Under the pieces are notes generated by a model. The model was not told where the DNA came from and did no database searches. It saw nothing but the letters and a program-made list of their open reading frames with translations. Source: an uncultured virus (IMG/VR IMGVR_UViG_3300046331_000190) (taxonomy: Duplodnaviria > Heunggongvirae > Uroviricota > Caudoviricetes). From it: a stretch of DNA of 63,156 nt. Shown one piece after another: positions 57,860 to 63,156 of this stretch. The DNA lies in IMG/VR virus record IMGVR_UViG_3300046331_000190; one strand, given 5' to 3'. The first letter of the stretch is position 1. Every line of letters begins with the position of its first letter. The position numbers were made by a program, and so were the translations under genes.

Positions 57860-58080
57860 AATCAATAATCCTGATTAGCATATACATCGCATCGTTCATG
57901 CTGTTCTACTTGATGTTAAGTCTCCTTGCTGTGGTATTTATACCATACCAGGAAGTCATATCTGATAGAGGATGGTTTGTTATCTATACTTTATTCATTG
58001 GTTGGTGGCTTGCGCTATTTCCAGCATTAGAATACTGTCAACGTAACAAAGAGTACTTTGATAAGTACACAGGTTTTTAA
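57856..58080 (+). CDS. Small membrane protein (2 TM)
   Basis: 74 aa from ATG at 57856; hydrophobic. Confidence 0.6.
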   Translation: MKSIILISIYIASFMLFYLMLSLLAVVFIPYQEVISDRGWFVIYTLFIGWWLALFPALEYCQRNKEYFDKYTGF

Positions 58081-58116
58081 AGTTAACATAGTTGATAAGT
58101 AGAGGGTTAATGTAGT

Positions 58117-58148
58117 AAAGGGGCTAGTTATGCTGGTCCCTTTCTTTT
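58117..58148 (+). terminator. Intrinsic terminator
   Basis: AAAGGGGCTAG-TTATG-CTGGTCCCTTT-CTTTT. Confidence 0.7.
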
Positions 58149-58202
58149 ACCTACTACATCTAAAGTCGTAAAATAATTAATAAACAATAAATCTCTCACA
58201 AG

Positions 58203-58544
58203 ATGAAAGTAACAACAAAAAAAGTGAAGAAGAATCTTCCAACTGAAAGAATCGAAAGATGGTTCAGACGCGGCATGCCAACAAGCATGATTGCAAAAAA
58301 CTTAAACGTTGATTATAACGCAGTATACTACGAGATTGCTCGTATCAAAAAGCGTGACAACGAAGCGTACAAAGACGCACAAAAGATTACTGAGGAGTAC
58401 ATCGAACAAGTTGGTGTTGATACAACAATTGTTGATATACCTGTAAAGGTTAACTTCTCAATGAAGATATACGGTATCTCCATCAAGGTTACTCGTGTAC
58501 CATCTGAGATTATCTTTGATGAGGATTATATCGAAATCAACTAA
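58203..58544 (+). CDS. HTH-domain protein
   Basis: GMPTSMIAKNLNVDYNAVYYEI. Confidence 0.6.
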   Translation: MKVTTKKVKKNLPTERIERWFRRGMPTSMIAKNLNVDYNAVYYEIARIKKRDNEAYKDAQKITEEYIEQVGVDTTIVDIPVKVNFSMKIYGISIKVTRVPSEIIFDEDYIEIN

Positions 58545-59000
58545 ATGATGGAGATGTCAGAACACAAAGTGTTTAACTTCTTTACAGGAGAAGATGGCCC
58601 GTCACGTATTATTGTAAAGACGGGTAGTTATAGTGATGGATCAGCAAAGATTGAGATTGTCAATCTGCAGAATCAAGTGTTTATCGAAGCAACTGCATGC
58701 TGTAACAACTTTGGATTAGACTCAAATGATGCTATTATAGCGTCAGATGGGTCTGTTCCAGGGTTAATGAGTTTCTTAGAATCTCATAACATAGTAAGAC
58801 AACAAGATGAGTACATAAACATCGAAGATGGAATGCATCCTGTTGTTAAACTATTACCTGAATCAGAGTGGATTACTGAGATAGAGAACGGCAAACTGTT
58901 TATTATAAACGAATTTACTATCTTTGCAAAAGACCCACATCAAGCTTTTCAACTGTATCTGTTTGCCCTTCAAGCAGATGCCCAAACTATTGAGTATTAA
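58545..59000 (+). CDS. Hypothetical protein (weak DUF4313-like)
   Basis: 151-aa ORF in operon. Confidence 0.5.
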   Translation: MMEMSEHKVFNFFTGEDGPSRIIVKTGSYSDGSAKIEIVNLQNQVFIEATACCNNFGLDSNDAIIASDGSVPGLMSFLESHNIVRQQDEYINIEDGMHPVVKLLPESEWITEIENGKLFIINEFTIFAKDPHQAFQLYLFALQADAQTIEY

Positions 59001-59001
59001 C

Positions 59002-59559
59002 ATGAGCTATATATTTAATCATGAAGATAAAGAGATGCACGTAGCATTCTGTATCGACCAAGAGACGGCAGATAAAATCATTGGCCGTATCATATTTGAG
59101 ACCTTAAAGTCTAACTGTATTGAGAAAGACTTTGAAGAGATTGGTGAAGAAGCACCAGCTAATCTAATGAAAAAGACTGCTGTACTAGAAACAGTACTTA
59201 AGTCTATTACATCAAAGCAAGAAGAGTTATTTGCAGCTGTCTTCTTCTTAGTATGGCATGAAAAGACAAACTATGTCTGGAGAAAGCAAGGTGAAGTTAA
59301 ATCAAAACTTAGTAGTTCAGCCGTAATGGATAAGCTAAAAGAAGGTGCATCTGAAGTATTTTCTCATATCTCAGAATCTGTGTTACAAAACAAGATTGAT
59401 GAGTTTGCAAAAGAAAAAATGGCTGAGTTTAAAGGCTATAACCGTATTGTAAAGCAAGTTATTAACTCTAACTATGACTTTGATTTGTTTTCTGCTATTA
59501 TTGATCATGACTTTGATTATGTATCTGATGTAGTTGATAAGGCAGTACAAGAGGTATAA
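59002..59559 (+). CDS. Hypothetical protein
   Basis: 185 aa from ATG at 59002. Confidence 0.55.
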   Translation: MSYIFNHEDKEMHVAFCIDQETADKIIGRIIFETLKSNCIEKDFEEIGEEAPANLMKKTAVLETVLKSITSKQEELFAAVFFLVWHEKTNYVWRKQGEVKSKLSSSAVMDKLKEGASEVFSHISESVLQNKIDEFAKEKMAEFKGYNRIVKQVINSNYDFDLFSAIIDHDFDYVSDVVDKAVQEV

Positions 59560-59581
59560 GATATTTGTGTGAGAAAGAGGT

Positions 59582-59617
59582 AAGGGTTAGGTTGTGTAAA
59601 AGCAATCTAGCCCTTTT
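59582..59617 (+). terminator. Intrinsic terminator/hairpin
   Basis: AAGGGTTAGGTTGT-GTAAAA-GCAATCTAGCCCTT-TT. Confidence 0.6.
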
Positions 59618-59629
59618 AACCTAATTAGT

Positions 59630-59911
59630 ATGAGCAAGCAAAAAGGATTTGGTAAGTATCCACGATATGTAGCTGATGACCCAACACTTACTCATATTGA
59701 GAAAGCAATGGTTGGTATAATCGCTTGTTATACAAACGAACAGTTAGGCTACACATGGATATCTGTAAAAGAGTTATCTCTACGTCTTTGTTGCTCAGAT
59801 GCAACAACACAGAGATGTTTAAAATCGTTAAAAGAAAAAGGCGTCATAAGTCGTGACGGCTATCATGTTACAAAACAGGGTGCATCAAGAATTACCCGCT
59901 TAATAATCTAA
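59630..59911 (+). CDS. Winged HTH protein (HTH_36-like)
   Basis: D..LT..EK.M...I..Y....GY.W.S..EL..RL..S..T.QR.LK.L.EKG.I.R. Confidence 0.7.
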   Translation: MSKQKGFGKYPRYVADDPTLTHIEKAMVGIIACYTNEQLGYTWISVKELSLRLCCSDATTQRCLKSLKEKGVISRDGYHVTKQGASRITRLII

Positions 59912-59915
59912 AATC

Positions 59916-60224
59916 ATGGCAAAAAAACTTAACAGAGCTGTTGAACCAGCACCAAAAAGAGCTTACAACAAGAAACCAAAAGCTCCAGTTGAACAACAAC
60001 TAAAAGATGAATCAAAGTGCACAAACTGTGTACCTCTTGATATATTAAATGAGATATCATTACAGCATAATGCTGAATCAGCAAGACGTATTGCATATCA
60101 CTTAGAAAGAGTAAAAGAAACTACTGGTGAAACATTACCAGAAGACACTGCTTATGTCATTGCATTATCGCAGAGAGAGTTATTGTATAAGTTAAAAACT
60201 CATACAGCAGATAATATCTTATAA
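59916..60224 (+). CDS. Hypothetical protein
   Basis: 102 aa; basic N-terminus; CTNC. Confidence 0.55.
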   Translation: MAKKLNRAVEPAPKRAYNKKPKAPVEQQLKDESKCTNCVPLDILNEISLQHNAESARRIAYHLERVKETTGETLPEDTAYVIALSQRELLYKLKTHTADNIL

Positions 60225-60258
60225 AGGGTCCTTGCAAAAGATCTATATTTAAGATACA

Positions 60259-60345
60259 GAGAAGGTAGTATAGGGCATTACGAGTAACTACTGAACGAGA
60301 AATGATGTAGTATACTAGACATGGGTTCGATTCCCATACTTCTTG
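60259..60345 (+). ncRNA. tRNA-like RNA lacking a D-arm (GAC + T-arm as in the tmRNA tRNA-like domain)
   Basis: T-arm ATGGG-TTCGATT-CCCAT; acceptor GAGAAG/CTTCTT; helix TAGTATA/TATACTA. Confidence 0.5.
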
Positions 60346-60346
60346 C

Positions 60347-60532
60347 AAAACCAGTGATGACTGAGGTGCAACCCCTCGGTATATAAAATGCAAAAAGGTC
60401 TTGTTGAATCCGGAATAGTCATACAAGTCAGCAGAGAGTTACATATAAACAGGGAGTAATTAACCCATCGTGAAAATGTAACCACCAATGAAAGTTGGTT
60501 ATGATGTACAATGTGTACAATAAACTGGTTTT
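60347..60532 (+). ncRNA. Candidate 186-nt multibranched structured RNA
   Basis: Closing stem AAAACCAGT/ACTGGTTTT; hairpins ACTGAGG/CCTCGGT, GTTACAT/ATGTAAC, ACCAAT-GAAA-GTTGGT, GTACA/TGTAC. Confidence 0.55.
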
Positions 60533-60536
60533 ATTT

Positions 60537-60628
60537 AGCTAAGTAGAGTAAAAGTAACTCGTGGGTGAGTAATCCGATTATGTCGGAACCAAAAGACCAA
60601 GCAACAGGGGCAGTACCTGTCTTAGCTA
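60537..60628 (+). ncRNA. tRNA-like RNA with an extended, non-canonical anticodon arm
   Basis: Acceptor AGCTAAG/CTTAGCT; D-arm GAGT-AAAAGTA-ACTC; T-arm ACAGG-GGCAGTA-CCTGT; central TCCGA-TTATG-TCGGA. Confidence 0.6.
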
Positions 60629-60629
60629 C

Positions 60630-60730
60630 ATAAAGAGAGATGAGTGAAGCTGTGTTCGGACTCTAGATCAAAGGCAAAGGTTAGCCTCTAGTATAGCAGT
60701 AACCTCGAAAGACCCGAAGTCTCTCTTTAT
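60630..60730 (+). ncRNA. Candidate 101-nt double-pseudoknot RNA
   Basis: 11-bp closing stem ATAAAGAGAGA/TCTCTCTTTAT; AGGTTA/TAACCT and TTCGG/CCGAA pseudoknot pairings. Confidence 0.55.
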
Positions 60731-60812
60731 AGTATTAGTATACCTATAAGGTATACAATTGATTACTCTTTTAAGAAAGAGTCTGTTTAATCAGACAGAG
60801 ATAAAACTGATT

Positions 60813-60928
60813 TGTATGGTTTGCCGAGTGGGACTCGGGTGAAACTCAGTATGACTATCCATGATTGAGTGCACTCATGATTAGAAAAAGCAATACACAG
60901 TAATAGGGTTCGATGCCCTTCCATATAT
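60813..60928 (+). ncRNA. tRNA-like RNA (acceptor + T-arm, remodelled centre)
   Basis: TGTATGG/CCATATA; AGGG-TTCGATG-CCCT; CCGAGT/ACTCGG; palindrome TGAGTGCACTCA. Confidence 0.5.
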
Positions 60929-60931
60929 CTT

Positions 60932-61005
60932 GGACTTGTAGCTCATTTGGTTAGAGCAACTGACTCATAATCAGTAGGTAATAGGTTCGATCCCTATCTG
61001 GTCCA
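60932..61005 (+). tRNA. tRNA with CAT anticodon (Ile2- or elongator Met-type); no encoded CCA
   Basis: GGACTTG..CTGGTCCA; GCTC-ATTTGGTTA-GAGC; ACTGA-CTCATAA-TCAGT; ATAGG-TTCGATC-CCTAT. Confidence 0.9.
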
Positions 61006-61006
61006 C

Positions 61007-61144
61007 AATAGTAACTTCAAGATACAAGCTAGTCAGTGTAAAACGCTTGTAGAACGAGAGATGATAAACATAGTTTGCATATGGCCACGAGATGCGTCAT
61101 ACTGAGCCATTATCGCTAGTTGCATACTTGAACTCTCAACTATT
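61007..61144 (+). ncRNA. Candidate 138-nt structured RNA
   Basis: AATAGT/ACTATT, TTCAAG/CTTGAA, TACAAGC/GCTTGTA, ATGGC/GCCAT, GAGAG/CTCTC. Confidence 0.45.
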
Positions 61145-61149
61145 ACTCA

Positions 61150-61176
61150 ACCTGTATAAATCATACAGGTTTTTTT
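61150..61176 (+). terminator. Intrinsic terminator of the RNA array
   Basis: ACCTGTAT-AAATC-ATACAGGT-TTTTTT. Confidence 0.8.
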
Positions 61177-61207
61177 GTTTATTTCTCACACTTTAACAGT
61201 TTAAACT

Positions 61208-61402
61208 ATGGCTGAAGTAAAACCCAGAAACCCATTTGGGATCTCGTACAATCAATGGATAGCAAGATTGAACGAAGAAATCGTAAAAGATCAAACAAAG
61301 TTGGCAACAAAAAAGGATCATATCCCACTGTCACAAATCAACTCTCACTCACAATTAAAACTTAACAGAAAACATGTCAGAGAAAGTATTACGTCGAAAT
61401 AG
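61208..61402 (+). CDS. Hypothetical protein
   Basis: 64 aa; SYNQW motif. Confidence 0.5.
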   Translation: MAEVKPRNPFGISYNQWIARLNEEIVKDQTKLATKKDHIPLSQINSHSQLKLNRKHVRESITSK

Positions 61403-61769
61403 TCCAAAGTACAGCTTATTAGTATACATTGCTTTAACTGGCATGATGACAAACTTCATTGAAGAACACGTTATCCCAGATAAATCAATGAACAAGCAAA
61501 AGATTAAGCTTTTAACTAGTCAGTTGCATGCAGAGTTATTAAAAGTTGTTGATAACTTCTTCTTGAGAATTAAAAACGATGATGACTACGATAAGTTAGA
61601 GATAACTGAGCAGTTTCATATAGCTACTATTGCTATGGAGCACTTCTTTAGATTATCGTTGCAGATAGAAGATCTTGATGATATGAAGAAACAAGGTTTA
61701 GTTACGCAGTTGAATATCTTACTTGTATCTTATGGCCTAGAAACTATTGAAATCCCAGTTGGTATATGA
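61374..61769 (+). CDS. Hypothetical helical protein
   Basis: 131-aa ORF with ATGA overlap to the next gene. Confidence 0.55.
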   Translation: MSEKVLRRNSPKYSLLVYIALTGMMTNFIEEHVIPDKSMNKQKIKLLTSQLHAELLKVVDNFFLRIKNDDDYDKLEITEQFHIATIAMEHFFRLSLQIEDLDDMKKQGLVTQLNILLVSYGLETIEIPVGI

Positions 61770-62431
61770 AAAAACTAAAGCTTTTAAACTCAGTAGATAG
61801 TAAAGTATACTTTACTTCTGATACCCATTATGGGCATAAGAACATATGTAAAGGTGTAACATCATGGCAAGATGCAAATGACTCAACAAGAGACTTTAAA
61901 ACACTGGAAGATATGAATGACGCGCTTATCCATGGCATCAACTTACTTGTAAAACGACAAGATATACTTATTCATCTTGGAGACTGGTCTTTTGGGGGCT
62001 TTGAAAACATCAGAAAGTTTAGAGAAAGGATATGGTGCGAAAACATACATCTTGTTCTTGGTAATCATGACCATCATATTGAAAACAATCGCGAAGGTAT
62101 ACAAGATATCTTTACATCTGTTAGTGATATGCTTGAGATTGAGATAAACTATGTTGCTGGTGGTCAAGTAACTGCAAGCTATATGGTTCAAGCATGTCAT
62201 TATCCTATGATGTCTTGGAAAGATATGAACAAAGGAGCTATGCATCTTCATGGACATGTTCATTTACCAGGACATAATAAGCACGCAGGTGACGGGCGTA
62301 TCATGGATGTTGGCGTTGATGCAAATAGTATGCTTCCTGTTGCGTTTAGAGCTATTGCTATGATGCTAAAAAACAGAGAACCTATATCATCATTACCTTT
62401 TCCAGATCATCACTCAAAAAACATACGATGA
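61766..62431 (+). CDS. Calcineurin-like metallophosphoesterase
   Basis: SDTHYGH, HLGD, GNHD, CHYP, LHGHVH, DVGVD. Confidence 0.9.
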   Translation: MKKLKLLNSVDSKVYFTSDTHYGHKNICKGVTSWQDANDSTRDFKTLEDMNDALIHGINLLVKRQDILIHLGDWSFGGFENIRKFRERIWCENIHLVLGNHDHHIENNREGIQDIFTSVSDMLEIEINYVAGGQVTASYMVQACHYPMMSWKDMNKGAMHLHGHVHLPGHNKHAGDGRIMDVGVDANSMLPVAFRAIAMMLKNREPISSLPFPDHHSKNIR

Positions 62432-62667
62432 AAGAAACATTAAAACTATTTGCTATCATTGCATTGATATGCACACCTGTATTCTTTGTAGCTCGTTGTG
62501 CTGCAACACCAGATGTTCAGTATAAGTATGACATATATGTAACAAATGGAGGAACTTATCATACAAACTCGTTTAGATTATACGGTAGAAGTATTATCTT
62601 TGACACTGATACTAAGAGAGTTATAGTTAGTGGTGACTATGTCATCGTATCAAAGCTTGAGCAGTAA
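62428..62667 (+). CDS. Putative membrane-anchored/lipoprotein
   Basis: Signal-like hydrophobic N-terminus with Cys. Confidence 0.5.
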   Translation: MKETLKLFAIIALICTPVFFVARCAATPDVQYKYDIYVTNGGTYHTNSFRLYGRSIIFDTDTKRVIVSGDYVIVSKLEQ

Positions 62668-62670
62668 CAA

Positions 62671-62698
62671 AGCTAGTCACAAAGACTAGTTCTTTTTT
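62671..62698 (+). terminator. Intrinsic terminator
   Basis: AGCTAGTC-ACAAA-GACTAGTT-CTTTTTT. Confidence 0.65.
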
Positions 62699-62716
62699 AA
62701 TCTTTAAAACCATATT

Positions 62717-63115
62717 ATGGAAAATCTATTACCTGTTGTTGGTCGTGTATTATCATTATGTTTATTGATATACACGGTTAGTGCTTTAGTTATAACTATC
62801 GCATTTTGGGACATGTTTAAAAGCTTGCCAAAAACGTATGCTGCATTAAGAGATGGTCACTATACCTTACAAGAAAACTTCAATGGCACAAGGTACTTTA
62901 TGAAGAAAGAGACACACCTTAGATGGTGGCAGAGATGGGGCGGTACAGATACTATTATTATCTTTGATGACAATGCTGTAAAGTTATTAGGAAAAGACCT
63001 ATATCTTCATGGTTACCCATTAGTTCTTTTTCATCCATATTATACATACTGGAAAATCCGTTATGACCGTTTAATCAAACATAAAGAAGATGAGTGGAAT
63101 AAAGTACAACCGTAG
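62717..63115 (+). CDS. Hypothetical membrane protein
   Basis: N-terminal TM helix; 132 aa. Confidence 0.55.
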   Translation: MENLLPVVGRVLSLCLLIYTVSALVITIAFWDMFKSLPKTYAALRDGHYTLQENFNGTRYFMKKETHLRWWQRWGGTDTIIIFDDNAVKLLGKDLYLHGYPLVLFHPYYTYWKIRYDRLIKHKEDEWNKVQP

Positions 63116-63156
63116 AGTAGTAGAAATATTACTACTATGCCTAGTTGCAATAACAA

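Noticed and set aside
60259..60345. tmRNA
   Set aside because: The GAC plus T-arm is similar, but there is no G3-U70 alanine acceptor, no tag ORF, and it is only about 87 nt.
60630..60730. c-di-AMP (ydaO) riboswitch
   Set aside because: It shares words (TAACCTCG, CCCGAA, GTGAA) but in the wrong order and without the expected architecture.
1..63156. Stop-codon reassignment as in some crAss-like phages
   Set aside because: Genes are full-length in the standard code, TAG and TGA end genes normally (for example 13068, 19487, 6243), and no suppressor tRNA was seen.

Overview
A 63-kb segment of a large crAss-like (Crassvirales-related) podophage, probably environmental and infecting Bacteroidota. 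It is AT-rich, lacks Shine-Dalgarno motifs, has AAACCAAAC-type leaders, and reads in the standard code. Positions 1-53.3 kb on the minus strand carry the late/virion module: two glycine-glycine-punctuated cargo proteins, muzzle/ring/hub tail proteins, Cys-rich Fn3/Ig decoration proteins, three fibres with peptidase-S74 chaperone ends, major capsid protein, portal, PhoH and large terminase. They also carry an accessory block with ThyX, Tad2-like and Acb2/Tad1-like anti-defence sponges, a PRTase, a PD-(D/E)xK nuclease and a tRNA-Asp with a 73-nt variable arm. The strand switches in a repeat-rich intergenic region at about 53.3-54.5 kb. The plus-strand early region holds many small ORFs and a roughly 0.95-kb head-to-tail array of tRNA-like and novel structured RNAs around one canonical CAT tRNA. 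The best candidates for undescribed biology are that RNA array, the GG-delimited modular payload polyproteins and the giant-arm tRNA-Asp. All protein family calls are from motif recognition and synteny by eye, and all RNA folds were paired by hand. No database searches were run.
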